Shown here piece by piece: positions 26,209 through 36,083 of a stretch of DNA of 64,000 nt. The notes under the pieces are model-generated. The model was not told the DNA's origin, made no database searches, and saw nothing but the letters and a program-made list of their open reading frames with translations. The position numbers were made by a program, and so were the translations under genes. The stretch is from Candidatus Nomurabacteria bacterium (GTDB lineage: Bacteria; Patescibacteriota; Minisyncoccia; Phycocordibacterales; UBA9973). The stretch is taken from positions 73,159 through 137,158 of the forward strand of contig JAIOPO010000001.1 of assembly GCA_021413905.1 (NCBI GenBank), given 5' to 3'. How positions within the stretch are numbered: position 1 is the first letter of the stretch; each line of letters begins with the position of its first letter.

Positions 26209-27150
26209 TTATTTTGTCTTTAAGGTGACGTATATGTCTTCGAGGGCGCGCACGGCGTCGCCTGTAGCTATGTTGTTTTGGTGGTATAAAATATTAGTAC
26301 AATCACCAGCAGACCAAATCCCCGAAGTTTCGGTTTTTTGTGTCCAGGGGTCAATTTTGACGCGTCCAAGGGCATCTAATGGCACGATATCTTTGATAAA
26401 TTCAGTATTTGGTATTTGTCCTATTTCTACGAATATACCGGTGACTTTGAGTGTGATATTTTTATTTGTCAGAGTGTCTTTGTAGACTATGCCTTCCACG
26501 AATTTATCACCTAAAATTTCTAAAATCTCGGCATTTTTTACAGCTTTTACTTTTGGATTTTGTAAAACTTTTTCAACTGTTATTTCATCTGCGCGAAATT
26601 TATCACTGCGATTTAGTATGGTGACAGAATTGCAGTATGCGAGGAGTTGAGAAGCGCTTTCAAAACCGGCATTGCCTCCGCCTATTACGACGACATCCGC
26701 TCCGTCAAAGAGAGGTCCGTCGCAAGTGGCGCAATATGTGAGACCTTTGTGCTCCAATCTGTCTGCATTTTTTGCTTCCAATTTTCTGCGTTGACTGCCT
26801 GTGGCTATCAATATTGTTTTTGTTTCAAATTCTTCGTTTGTGTCAGTTTTTATTTTAAAAATGTTTTCTTGTTTGATTATAGAATTCACACGAGCGCCTT
26901 CTTTGACTGTGAGTGTGGATTTCGGATCTGTATTTGTGGAATTAGCCAATACATGTTTTTTGAAACTTTGAGCAAGTTCATTTCCTGAAATGGAAACTGT
27001 GCCTATCCAATTGTAAATTTGCTCGGATACGACACTTTGTCCGCCGAATTCAGAAGTTATAAATAGGGTATTGAGTCTTTTACGCGCAGAATAAACAGCC
27101 GCTCCTGCACCAGCCGGACCACCCCCGATAATTATTAAATCATAAATCAT
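26209..27150 (-). CDS. trxB: Thioredoxin-disulfide reductase
   Basis: 313 aa; FAD GGGPAG motif, redox-active CATCDG and NADPH GGG motif. Confidence 0.8.
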   Translation of the reverse strand: MIYDLIIIGGGPAGAGAAVYSARKRLNTLFITSEFGGQSVVSEQIYNWIGTVSISGNELAQSFKKHVLANSTNTDPKSTLTVKEGARVNSIIKQENIFKIKTDTNEEFETKTILIATGSQRRKLEAKNADRLEHKGLTYCATCDGPLFDGADVVVIGGGNAGFESASQLLAYCNSVTILNRSDKFRADEITVEKVLQNPKVKAVKNAEILEILGDKFVEGIVYKDTLTNKNITLKVTGIFVEIGQIPNTEFIKDIVPLDALGRVKIDPWTQKTETSGIWSAGDCTNILYHQNNIATGDAVRALEDIYVTLKTK

Positions 27151-27164
27151 TTAATTATTATACA

Positions 27165-28439
27165 CTATTTTTTTCTGCGTAGAAATGCTGGAACAGCGCT
27201 CCAGTCATCATTATCATCATCGATGATAATGTCTTCAACGATTTCAGGTTTTTTTTCAATTCTTTTTAGAAAATCATTGCTGTTTAGTATGTTTGTATTT
27301 GAATTATTTGTATCTGTTGTGGTGATATTTTTATTTTCTTTATTTTCAACCGGTTTTGTTTGGATTATGTTGTGAATTTCTTTTTTTATTATCGGAGCAT
27401 TTTCTTCTTTTAAAATTGGTTGAGAATTTGCTAAAGGATTAAAAAGACTTTTTCTTGGTATATCAGCAGGGAAGCTAGTAGCGATAACTGTGACTTTGAT
27501 TTCTCCTTTCTTTAATTTTTCATCACGAATAGTTCCAAAAATAACTTTGGCATCTTTGTCGATAGATTCTGTGATTATTTTCGCAGCGTCTTGAATTTCG
27601 TGGATTGTTACATCATCACCACCGGAAATGGCAAACAATACGCCTTTTGCACCTGTGATAGAAACTTCCAATAATGGGGAATTAATAGCAGACAATGCAG
27701 CTTTTTCAGCGCGTCCGTCTCCAGAAGCAGAGCCGATACCCATGAGTGCTGTGCCAGAATCAGACATGATAGCTTTGATATCCGCAAAGTCTACATTGAT
27801 AATACCAGGAGTAGTGATAAGGTCAGAGATACCTTCGACTGCTTGGCGCAATACATTGTCACAAAAAGCAAAAGCATCTTTGAAGTTAGTATTCTTTTCT
27901 GTTATTTGCAAAAGTTTGTCATTTGGGATAACGATAATTGCATCGACTTCTTTTGAAAGTTCATCGAGTCCTTTTTCAGCAATTTTCATTCTGTTTTGTC
28001 CTTCAAAGAAAAATGGTTTTGTAACTACTGCGACAGTGAGTATTCCTTGTTCTTTGGCTGCTCGAGCGATGATCGGAGCTGCGCCTGTGCCTGTACCTCC
28101 ACCCATTCCACAAGCGATAAAAATCATGTCAGAACCTTTTATGACATCTTGGATTTCTGATTTTGTTTCTTCTGCCGCTTTGCGTCCAACTTCAGGATTC
28201 ATTCCTGCACCGAGACCTTTTGTTAGATTTTTTCCAATATGAATTTTCTTTTCTGCTAGAGAATTGTGCAAGTCTTGAGTATCTGTATTCATACAGATAA
28301 ATTCAACTCCTTTAACTTTGTTGGATATCATATGGTTGAGAGCATTCTTTCCGGAACCTCCAACTCCGATGACTTTAATTCTGGCAAATGTTTCTATTTC
28401 TGGGTTTACTTTTGGCATATTCTTTTTCTCTTTTACCAC
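27165..28439 (-). CDS. ftsZ: Cell division GTPase FtsZ
   Basis: 424 aa; tubulin signature GGGTGTG and IKVIGVGG N-terminus; variable C-terminal linker. Confidence 0.9.
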   Translation of the reverse strand: MVKEKKNMPKVNPEIETFARIKVIGVGGSGKNALNHMISNKVKGVEFICMNTDTQDLHNSLAEKKIHIGKNLTKGLGAGMNPEVGRKAAEETKSEIQDVIKGSDMIFIACGMGGGTGTGAAPIIARAAKEQGILTVAVVTKPFFFEGQNRMKIAEKGLDELSKEVDAIIVIPNDKLLQITEKNTNFKDAFAFCDNVLRQAVEGISDLITTPGIINVDFADIKAIMSDSGTALMGIGSASGDGRAEKAALSAINSPLLEVSITGAKGVLFAISGGDDVTIHEIQDAAKIITESIDKDAKVIFGTIRDEKLKKGEIKVTVIATSFPADIPRKSLFNPLANSQPILKEENAPIIKKEIHNIIQTKPVENKENKNITTTDTNNSNTNILNSNDFLKRIEKKPEIVEDIIIDDDNDDWSAVPAFLRRKK

Positions 28440-28581
28440 CGTATCGGGGTATATTACTTTTAATAAAAATTATCTTTTTAAATACTTATTTGTGTATAAG
28501 CTCTATAATAGCAGAAAATAAAAAAAAGCAAAATTTGCCTTTTTTAATAATTGTGTTATAGAAATTTATAAATTTCTAAGA

Positions 28582-29745
28582 TTAAGGCATTAATTGTTTT
28601 AGCATTGTTTTCATTGAGTTTTTTAATTCAAGGAAAAGATTTGCAAATGAACCTTCTGTGTATTTTTTATTATCTTTTGTCGAAATTATTAAACCTAAGG
28701 CAGTAAACCATGCCGGATCTTTTAATTTAGTTTTAATATTTTCAAACATTTCTGTCGAGCCTATTTTGGAAGGTAATTTTAATGTATTTTTTGATAAATC
28801 TTCTAATTTTGGTATTGCTGAACTTGCTCCTATCCAAACTATACCAGCAGGCAATAATTCATTTCTTTTTATTTTCTTTAAATGATTTTCAATTAATTCA
28901 AAAATATCAGAAAGTCTCGCTTCTATTATTTCGTCTAATTTTTTCTTTGAAAATTCAATTGAAGTATTTCCTAATTTTAAATTGTCTGCTTCTTCAATTG
29001 AAATTTTTAATCCTAGAGCTATATCATTTGTTATGTCAGCTCCTCCTAAAGAAAAAGTATGCAAAGATATTAAGTTACCATTTTCAAATACAGACAACGA
29101 TACAGTTTCTGCTCCAATATTTACCAATGCCACACCGACTATTTTTTGTCTTTCTGAAAGAGTTACGTAACTGCTGGAAATAGGGGACGCTATGACGTCT
29201 ACTATTTCTATGCCTGCTGTTGATACTACTTCTATTAAATCTTCAAAATGTCTATTTGAACAAGTTACAAAAATTGATTTTACTTCGAGTTTTGTGCCAC
29301 GCATACCTTCAGGTCTACCCAAGACTTCTTTACCGTCTAGCTTGAAGCCAATAGGAAAAACTTGGATAATTTTTTTATTATCTGTTTTAATATTGTTTTC
29401 ACTGTTATGTAATGCTTTTTCTATATCAAGCGATGTGACTTCACCATCAGCTTTTGAAACAACAGCCATTCCTGAGTTTATTTCTGAACGTAATGTTACA
29501 CCGCCCATAGCCAAAAAAGCACGAGTGATTTTTACACCAGAACTTTTTTCTGCATTTAAAACGGCTTTTTTTAGAGAATTAACCGCATCTATTTTGTTTA
29601 TGATGTAGCCGTGTCGTATACCATTTGTTGTCGATTCACCAATACCAATAACCTTAGGATTTTTTTCTCCTTTTAAGAATTCTCCCACCACGACTCTTGT
29701 CGTTTGAGACCCCAAGTCTATGCCTATTGAAATATTTCTGATCAT
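28582..29745 (-). CDS. ftsA: Cell division protein FtsA (actin-like ATPase)
   Basis: 387 aa; N-terminal IGIDLGSQTTRVVVGE and actin-fold phosphate motifs; located upstream of ftsZ. Confidence 0.8.
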   Translation of the reverse strand: MIRNISIGIDLGSQTTRVVVGEFLKGEKNPKVIGIGESTTNGIRHGYIINKIDAVNSLKKAVLNAEKSSGVKITRAFLAMGGVTLRSEINSGMAVVSKADGEVTSLDIEKALHNSENNIKTDNKKIIQVFPIGFKLDGKEVLGRPEGMRGTKLEVKSIFVTCSNRHFEDLIEVVSTAGIEIVDVIASPISSSYVTLSERQKIVGVALVNIGAETVSLSVFENGNLISLHTFSLGGADITNDIALGLKISIEEADNLKLGNTSIEFSKKKLDEIIEARLSDIFELIENHLKKIKRNELLPAGIVWIGASSAIPKLEDLSKNTLKLPSKIGSTEMFENIKTKLKDPAWFTALGLIISTKDNKKYTEGSFANLFLELKNSMKTMLKQLMP

Positions 29746-30106
29746 ATTTTTCTTCCGCTTTATCCATTCTACTACTATGTTGCATTCCTTTCAAATGCAA
29801 CATGCCGTGGATAACTAAATATCCGAGGAAATTTTTATAATTTCTGTCAAAATTTTTAGCTTCTTTTTTTACTACAGCAGGGCAGATGATGAGTTCTCCT
29901 TCTTTTTTGGAATAAGCAAAAGATAAGATATTTGTAGATTTGTCTTTTCCTCTGTATGTCTTGTTGTATTCCTGAGATTTTTTTTCACTGACAAATGCTA
30001 TTGATAAATCATATTTGTCTCCCAGTATATCATTTTTAATCAATTCAAAAGGACAGGATGGTATCCTGCCTTTTGTTGTGTTTGTTATTGAGAAATAATC
30101 AGACAT
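29654..30106 (-). CDS. ybeY: Endoribonuclease YbeY (rRNA maturation factor)
   Basis: 150 aa; zinc-binding HGMLHLKGMQH motif; 3' end overlaps ftsA by about 90 nt. Confidence 0.75.
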   Translation of the reverse strand: MSDYFSITNTTKGRIPSCPFELIKNDILGDKYDLSIAFVSEKKSQEYNKTYRGKDKSTNILSFAYSKKEGELIICPAVVKKEAKNFDRNYKNFLGYLVIHGMLHLKGMQHSSRMDKAEEKYDQKYFNRHRLGVSNDKSRGGRILKRRKKS

Positions 30107-30340
30107 TTATTTTTTGATTGCTTTACCGAGCTTTTTAAGCTTTTCAATTTCTTTTCTTCTGCCTATTTTCTTTAGAGTTCCTCTTTTAATTTTGATTTTA
30201 GATTCTTTTCTTTCGTTGTAGCGAGCACCTTTTACTTTGTGGATTATGCCTGATTCTTGGATACGACGAGAAAAACGACGCAATACACTTGCATTGTTCT
30301 CGTTCGCGTTCTTTTTAACTTCGATTATTGTATTTGCCAT
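30107..30340 (-). CDS. rpsU: 30S ribosomal protein S21
   Basis: 77 aa, highly basic; ASVLRRFSRRIQESGI matches the S21 consensus. Confidence 0.75.
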   Translation of the reverse strand: MANTIIEVKKNANENNASVLRRFSRRIQESGIIHKVKGARYNERKESKIKIKRGTLKKIGRRKEIEKLKKLGKAIKK

Positions 30341-30438
30341 ATGTATATATAGATTATCATATTTAATTTTTTTCGCAAGCGTTTTATTTATACGTGTATT
30401 TTTTGACTTTAAAATATAAAAAAGTTAATATTAATCTA

Positions 30439-30897
30439 ATGGACTATATAACAGAGGAAAAAAAGAATAGTTTACAGATTGAATTGGAGGATTTGAAAGG
30501 TCCGAAAAGAAAAGAGATTTTGTCTGCATTGCAAGAAGCTAAAGCTTTGGGTGATTTGTCTGAAAATGCTGAATATCATCAAGCCAGAGAAGATCAGGGT
30601 AAACTCGAAGAAAGAATTACAAAAATAGAATATCTTTTAAAAAATTCAAAAGTTATTTCTAAAAAAGAAGGTAGTGATACTGTTCAAATGGGTTCTACTA
30701 TCGTTGTTGAGAAAGAAGGTTCTAAAGATCAGAAGACTTATACTATGGTTGGTTCTGAAGAGGCGGATATGTTGACTGGAAAAATTTCAAATCATTCTCC
30801 TATAGGTGAAGCATTGTGTGGTAAAAAAAAGGGTGATGTTGTTTCTTTTAAAACACCAGGCGGAATGGTAAATTATAAAATTATTAGCATCTCTTAA
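30439..30897 (+). CDS. greA: Transcription elongation factor GreA
   Basis: N-terminal coiled-coil with LSENAEYHQARE and a C-terminal FKBP-like domain; Met16 of the called ORF (30439) taken as the start. Confidence 0.8.
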   Translation: MDYITEEKKNSLQIELEDLKGPKRKEILSALQEAKALGDLSENAEYHQAREDQGKLEERITKIEYLLKNSKVISKKEGSDTVQMGSTIVVEKEGSKDQKTYTMVGSEEADMLTGKISNHSPIGEALCGKKKGDVVSFKTPGGMVNYKIISIS

Positions 30898-30922
30898 ATT
30901 TTTGAAAATTTAGAAATAAAAT

Positions 30923-32410
30923 ATGTCATCAATAGATGAAATAAGAGGGCAAAGAATTAAAAAGTTAGAACTTCTAAAAGAGAAGGGTATTAATCCATAT
31001 TCAGGTGAATCAAAAAGAGAGCTCAGTTTGATTGAGGCTATTTCCGATTTTGAAAATTTGGAAAAATCTGGTGAACAAAAATGGATTTCCGGACGCATCA
31101 TGTCTATTCGCGGACAAGGAGCGATAATTTTTATTACTTTAAATGATGGCACAGGTCTTTTTCAAGGACTTTTAAAGAAAGACGTGTTGGGTGAAGAAAA
31201 GTTATCATTGTTTAATAACACTGCGGATATCGGTGATTTTGTAGAATTGCAAGGTTTATTTTTTACCACAAAAAGAGGTGAAAAATCTCTGGAAGCTAAA
31301 GATTGGCGTATGCTTACAAAAAGTCTTTTACCTTTACCTGAAAAGTGGCATGGTTTGCAAGATACCGAAGAAAGATACAGAAAACGCTATTTAGAAATAT
31401 TAACAGACAAAGATGTATATGACCGTTTTGTTTTGCGAACCAATATTATAAAAGAAATTAGAAAATTTTTTGATGATTTGGGTTTTCTTGAAATTGAAAC
31501 TCCTATTTTGAAAAATAATGCGGGTGGAGCAATGGCAAAACCTTTTTTGACTCATCATAATGATTTGGATATTGATATGAAGCTTCGTATTTCTTTGGAA
31601 ATAGAACACAAGATGCTTATGACGGCGGGTTTTCCATCTGTTTATGAAATAGGTAAGAATTTCAGAAATGAAGGTTCAGATCCGACACATATTCAAGAAT
31701 TTACTATGATGGAATGGTATAGCGCTTATCATACATTGGAAGAAAATATTTCCTGGACAGAACAACTTTTAAAACATTTGGCGAAAAATGTGGTTAAGAA
31801 AAATATTTTTAATGTTTATGATAAAGATGATAATCTAGCGCAAGTTGATTTTGAATCAGCGTGGGAGAAAAAAACTTTTGCCGAACTTTTGCAAGAATAT
31901 GCGGGTGTAGATATGTTTACAGTATCTATCGATGAATTAAAAACTCAAGCATTGAAATACGGTATTGATAAAAAAGAAATGGAAAAAATGAGTAAAGCAA
32001 ATTTACTAGATTTTGTTTACAAACATACAGCCAGACCAAAACTCATAAATCCGACTTTTGTTATAAATTATCCAGGGGATTTGAAACCTCTCGCTGTGCA
32101 AAATACTGATGGCACAGCTATGGTCGCTCAGCTTATTATCGCTGGAGCGGAAATTACTAATCAATATTTAGAACTTGTAGATCCTTTGAAACAAAGAAGT
32201 TTGTTGGAAATGCAATCCAAAGCAAAAGAAAATGGTGATGAAGAAGCTATGGAAATAGATGAAGATTTCTTGACTGCAATGGAATATGGTATGCCACAAA
32301 TGACTGGTTTTGGTATGGGTATTGATAGAATAGTTGCATTTTTTACAGAACAAAAAAATCTTCGCGAAACAATATTCTTTCCAATAATGCGTCCAAAAAA
32401 TTTAGAATAA
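30923..32410 (+). CDS. lysS: Lysyl-tRNA synthetase, class II
   Basis: 495 aa; N-terminal OB anticodon-binding domain and class II motifs (FRNEG, GMGIDR). Confidence 0.85.
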   Translation: MSSIDEIRGQRIKKLELLKEKGINPYSGESKRELSLIEAISDFENLEKSGEQKWISGRIMSIRGQGAIIFITLNDGTGLFQGLLKKDVLGEEKLSLFNNTADIGDFVELQGLFFTTKRGEKSLEAKDWRMLTKSLLPLPEKWHGLQDTEERYRKRYLEILTDKDVYDRFVLRTNIIKEIRKFFDDLGFLEIETPILKNNAGGAMAKPFLTHHNDLDIDMKLRISLEIEHKMLMTAGFPSVYEIGKNFRNEGSDPTHIQEFTMMEWYSAYHTLEENISWTEQLLKHLAKNVVKKNIFNVYDKDDNLAQVDFESAWEKKTFAELLQEYAGVDMFTVSIDELKTQALKYGIDKKEMEKMSKANLLDFVYKHTARPKLINPTFVINYPGDLKPLAVQNTDGTAMVAQLIIAGAEITNQYLELVDPLKQRSLLEMQSKAKENGDEEAMEIDEDFLTAMEYGMPQMTGFGMGIDRIVAFFTEQKNLRETIFFPIMRPKNLE

Positions 32411-32446
32411 AAAAAGCGTCTTCAACTACAGAAGACGCTTTGTATT
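32411..32446 (+). terminator. Rho-independent terminator after lysS
   Basis: AGCGTCTTCAACTACAGAAGACGCT hairpin followed by TTGTATT. Confidence 0.6.
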
Positions 32447-32606
32447 CAAGGATAAGCATTTGGGCGACCAATTATTGGTCATACTTAAGCCTCTATGGGT
32501 AGGCTTGGTACCGTTAGGCCATACTTTACCCTTAGATATTTTTTGCTGAACCTCACAAAGAACATCTGTGTTTAAGTATTAAACAATAAAGAAAATATTG
32601 CAAGTT

Positions 32607-32638
32607 AAAACACCAAGTTATCCACAACTTGGTGTTTT
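32607..32638 (+). promoter_or_regulatory. Perfect 12-bp inverted repeat (AAAACACCAAGTT-ATCCACA-ACTTGGTGTTTT) upstream of mraZ
   Basis: Read directly from the sequence; lies between a TTGCAA -35-like hexamer and the MraZ boxes. Confidence 0.35.
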
Positions 32639-32643
32639 GCATT

Positions 32644-32689
32644 GTGGGGTAAAGTGGTTTACAATATATATCAAGTGGGAAGAAGTGGG
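32644..32689 (+). promoter_or_regulatory. Candidate MraZ operator: GTGGG-type direct repeats at 10-bp spacing (32644, 32654, 32675, 32685) overlapping a TACAAT -10-like element
   Basis: GTGGGGTAAAGTGGT ... GTGGGAAGAAGTGGG immediately upstream of the mraZ ATG; MraZ is known to bind GTGGG-type direct repeats spaced about 10 bp. Confidence 0.45.
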
Positions 32690-32702
32690 AAATAATAATT
32701 TT

Positions 32703-33146
32703 ATGCTAATCGGCGAATATATACATACAATAGACGAAAAAAACAGAGTTTCTCTGCCGGTTAAATTTCGAAAAGAAATGGGTAAGAAAATTATTATTAC
32801 TCCAGGGTTGGATAATTGTTTGTTCATTTTCACAACCAAAGAATGGGAAAAAGTTTCAAAGAGACTTTCTGATACTGATTCTGATTTATCTTTTTTGACA
32901 GCTGACAAGAGAAGCTTTAACAGATTTATGTTCGGACGAGCGAGTGATGTGGAAGTGGATTCTATCGGCAGAATTTTGATACCGGATTTTTTGAAAGAGA
33001 GAATTGGTCTGAAAGGCAAAGTGGCATTGGTAGGTGTTCAAGACCGTGTAGAAATCTGGAGCGAAGAGTCTTGGACTAAATACAAACATATTGCTGAAGG
33101 TCAGGCCGATGCATTAGCAGAAAAATTAGGTAGTGAGAAAAAGTAA
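32703..33146 (+). CDS. mraZ: Transcriptional regulator MraZ
   Basis: Start MLIGEYIHTIDEKNRVSLP with duplicated DUF-MraZ domains; the ORF called from 32598 is an upstream extension. Confidence 0.8.
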   Translation: MLIGEYIHTIDEKNRVSLPVKFRKEMGKKIIITPGLDNCLFIFTTKEWEKVSKRLSDTDSDLSFLTADKRSFNRFMFGRASDVEVDSIGRILIPDFLKERIGLKGKVALVGVQDRVEIWSEESWTKYKHIAEGQADALAEKLGSEKK

Positions 33147-34021
33147 TGAATAGTATTCATAAGACAGTTCTTTTAAATGAAACAATAGAAGATTTGAATT
33201 TGCCAAAGAAACCAATCGTAATAGATGGCACATTTGGCGGAGGAGGACATAGTGTAGAAATTTGTAAAAGATATCCGGGCGCGACTATCATCGCTTACGA
33301 TATGGATAAAGGGGCATGGGAACGCGCGAAAGATAAATTCTCAAAGCTTGATTGTACTGTAAAGTTTCGAAATGAAAATTTTAGAAATATTAGTGGAGAG
33401 AATATAGACGGTGTGATTTTAGATCTTGGTTTGAGTTCTGATCAGTTAGATAATTCCGGACGAGGATTTTCTTTTATGAAAGATGAGCCTTTGCTCATGA
33501 CTATGAAAGAAAATCCTTCTAGTGATGATGTTACGGCCTATGATGTCGTGAATACATGGGGAGAAGAAAATTTGGCAAATATTATTTATGGTTTTGGTGA
33601 AGAAAGATATTCCAGAAGAATAGCCAAAATGATAGTAGATGCTAGACAAAAGGCAGAAATTAAAAACACTTTTGATTTGGTAAAAATTATCAGTGATGCG
33701 GTACCGGCAGTTTACAGAAGGGGGAAAATACATTTTGCGACGAGGACTTTTCAGGCAATACGTATGGCGGTCAATGACGAACTCGGAGCATTAGAGGAAG
33801 GATTGGAGAAAAGTTTTAAAGTTTTAAAAAAAGGAGGACGTATATCGGTAATATCGTTTCATAGTTTAGAGGACAGAGTTGTAAAAAATTTTTGTAAAAA
33901 AAAGGAAAAAGAAGATTTAGCAAAAATTATAAATAAAAAAATAATCACAGCAAGTATAGAAGAATTAAAAAATAATCCAAGATCACGAAGTGCAAAATTA
34001 AGAATTTTAGAAAAAAAATAA
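33146..34021 (+). CDS. rsmH: 16S rRNA (cytosine1402-N4)-methyltransferase RsmH (MraW)
   Basis: 291 aa; VLLNETIEDL ... IDGTFGGGGHS AdoMet motif; follows mraZ. Confidence 0.85.
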   Translation: MNSIHKTVLLNETIEDLNLPKKPIVIDGTFGGGGHSVEICKRYPGATIIAYDMDKGAWERAKDKFSKLDCTVKFRNENFRNISGENIDGVILDLGLSSDQLDNSGRGFSFMKDEPLLMTMKENPSSDDVTAYDVVNTWGEENLANIIYGFGEERYSRRIAKMIVDARQKAEIKNTFDLVKIISDAVPAVYRRGKIHFATRTFQAIRMAVNDELGALEEGLEKSFKVLKKGGRISVISFHSLEDRVVKNFCKKKEKEDLAKIINKKIITASIEELKNNPRSRSAKLRILEKK

Positions 34022-34024
34022 AAT

Positions 34025-34381
34025 ATGCAAACAGCAAGTTTAAAAATAAAAAAATATGCAAATAGTATTAATATTGTAAATAACAATATTAATTTAGAAA
34101 AGAAAACTTTAAATATAATGTTGTGGACTTTTGGATTATTGTCCTTGTGTTATTTGATTCTTTTAGCGACTGTTGTTTTTAATATTATTGAAAGGAAAAA
34201 TTTTGAAGCAGAGAGTAGGAATTTAATGAATGATGTGGGTACTTTAGAATTACAATATATGGCTTTATCAAATACAGTAGATATGACATTGGCGACGAGT
34301 ATGGGTTTTCAAGAAACCAAAGCAAAATACGCAACTCTTAAAACTGTTGGTAGTATTAAATTAGCAAAAAATGAATTATAG
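34025..34381 (+). CDS. FtsL-like small bitopic cell division protein
   Basis: 118 aa, single TM plus coiled coil, at the canonical position between rsmH and ftsI. Confidence 0.4.
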   Translation: MQTASLKIKKYANSINIVNNNINLEKKTLNIMLWTFGLLSLCYLILLATVVFNIIERKNFEAESRNLMNDVGTLELQYMALSNTVDMTLATSMGFQETKAKYATLKTVGSIKLAKNEL

Positions 34382-36083
34382 TTTTTCTGCTCGAACTAAA
34401 TTTTTGTCATTTTGTTTATTATTTTTTGCTTTCATATTGATAGCAAAACTTTTTTGGGTTCAAGTCATACATAGTAATAAATATTCTGAAGAAGCAGATA
34501 GGCAATATGCCACACCTTCATCTGATATTTTTGAAAGAGGTACTATATTTTTTCAAAGAAAAGATGGAGTATTGGTTTCAGGAGCCAGTCAAGCTTCTGG
34601 TTTTAAGCTTGCCATAAATACTGCAAAATTGATTGAAAAAGAAAATGTATTTAATCAATTAAATAATATTTTACCCATAAATCATGATGATTTTATTTTG
34701 AAAGCTAGTAAGAAAAATGATCCTTATGAAGAAATTGCTGTGAAATTAACAAAAGAGCAAGCAGATGCAATCTCAGCTTTAAAAATACCAGGTGTTTCTT
34801 TGTTTAAAGAAAAATGGCGATTTTATCCTGGTGGTGATATGGCTGCTCATGCTTTGGGTTTTGTTGGTTTTAAAGGAGATGAATTGGGTGGTAGATATGG
34901 ACTAGAAAGACAATACAATAGCACTTTGTCTCGTGATAAAAACAATCCTTATGTTAATTTTTTTGCGGAAGTTTTTTCAAATATTAACGATCATTTATTT
35001 AATCCAAATGAATTGGGTGGAAATATTGTTACTACTATTGAACCTGTAGTTCAAGGTTTTTTAAGTAAAAAATTAAATGAAGTACAAGAAAAATACAATG
35101 CAGATGGTATGGGTGGAATTATTATGAATCCTGTGGATGGGTCTATTTATGCACTTGATGCAAAGCCTTCTTTTAATCCAAATGATTTTTCTAAAATAAA
35201 AAATCAAGCTGTATTTGCTAATCCTTTGGTGGAGCATGTATTAGAATTCGGTTCTGTGGTGAAGCCTTTGGTTATGGCGGCAGGGCTCGATACTGGAGTG
35301 GTGACAGCTGATACAAAATATACAGACAATGGTTTTGTTATTGTTGATGGAAAACAAATTAATAACTTTGATAAAAAAGGCAGAGGTCCCGGAACAAGCA
35401 TGCAAGATGTTTTGAATCAATCTTTGAATACCGGAATGGTATATGTATATCAACATTTAGGAAAACAAAATATGCGTGATTATATGCTTTCTTATGGAAT
35501 AAAAGAAAAAACAGGAATTGATTTACCTAATGAGACTAGTGGTTTGGTGGGTAATTTGCAAAGTCCTCGGGATTTGGAATATGCCAATGCTTCTTTTGGA
35601 CAAGGTATAGCTTTGACACCAATGGAAATGATTCGAGCTTTGGCTTCTTTGAGTAATGGTGGTAATTTAGTTACACCTCATTTAGTAAAAGCAATAAAAT
35701 ATGATGATGGAACAGAAAAAAATATTTCATATACAACTTCAAGAGTAAAAATTTCAGAAAAAACTTCTGAAGAAATTAGTCGTATGATGGTGACAGTAAT
35801 GGATAAATCTTTAAAAGGTGGACTTGGTAAACTCGACCATTATTCTGTTGCAGTAAAAACAGGAACTGCGCAAGTTGCTAAAGATAATGGAGGAGGGTAT
35901 TATCAAGATAGACATACGCATTCTTTTATCGGATATTTTCCGGCTTATGATCCAAAATTTATTGTATTTCTTTATGCTATAAATCCTAAGGGTGTACAGT
36001 ATGCATCTCAAACTTGGGCAGATCCATTTTTAGATATTACAAAATTTTTGTTAAATTATTATGAAGTTCCACCAGATAGATAA
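34371..36083 (+). CDS. ftsI: Penicillin-binding protein (class B transpeptidase, FtsI/PBP2-like)
   Basis: 570 aa; N-terminal TM anchor, dimerisation domain and transpeptidase motifs (SVVKP, SLN, KTGTA). Confidence 0.8.
   Translation: MNYSFSARTKFLSFCLLFFAFILIAKLFWVQVIHSNKYSEEADRQYATPSSDIFERGTIFFQRKDGVLVSGASQASGFKLAINTAKLIEKENVFNQLNNILPINHDDFILKASKKNDPYEEIAVKLTKEQADAISALKIPGVSLFKEKWRFYPGGDMAAHALGFVGFKGDELGGRYGLERQYNSTLSRDKNNPYVNFFAEVFSNINDHLFNPNELGGNIVTTIEPVVQGFLSKKLNEVQEKYNADGMGGIIMNPVDGSIYALDAKPSFNPNDFSKIKNQAVFANPLVEHVLEFGSVVKPLVMAAGLDTGVVTADTKYTDNGFVIVDGKQINNFDKKGRGPGTSMQDVLNQSLNTGMVYVYQHLGKQNMRDYMLSYGIKEKTGIDLPNETSGLVGNLQSPRDLEYANASFGQGIALTPMEMIRALASLSNGGNLVTPHLVKAIKYDDGTEKNISYTTSRVKISEKTSEEISRMMVTVMDKSLKGGLGKLDHYSVAVKTGTAQVAKDNGGGYYQDRHTHSFIGYFPAYDPKFIVFLYAINPKGVQYASQTWADPFLDITKFLLNYYEVPPDR

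Noticed and set aside
27628-28242. 204-aa plus-strand ORF within ftsZ, and ORFs at 28782-29608 within ftsA
   Set aside because: Antisense shadows of highly conserved cell-division genes
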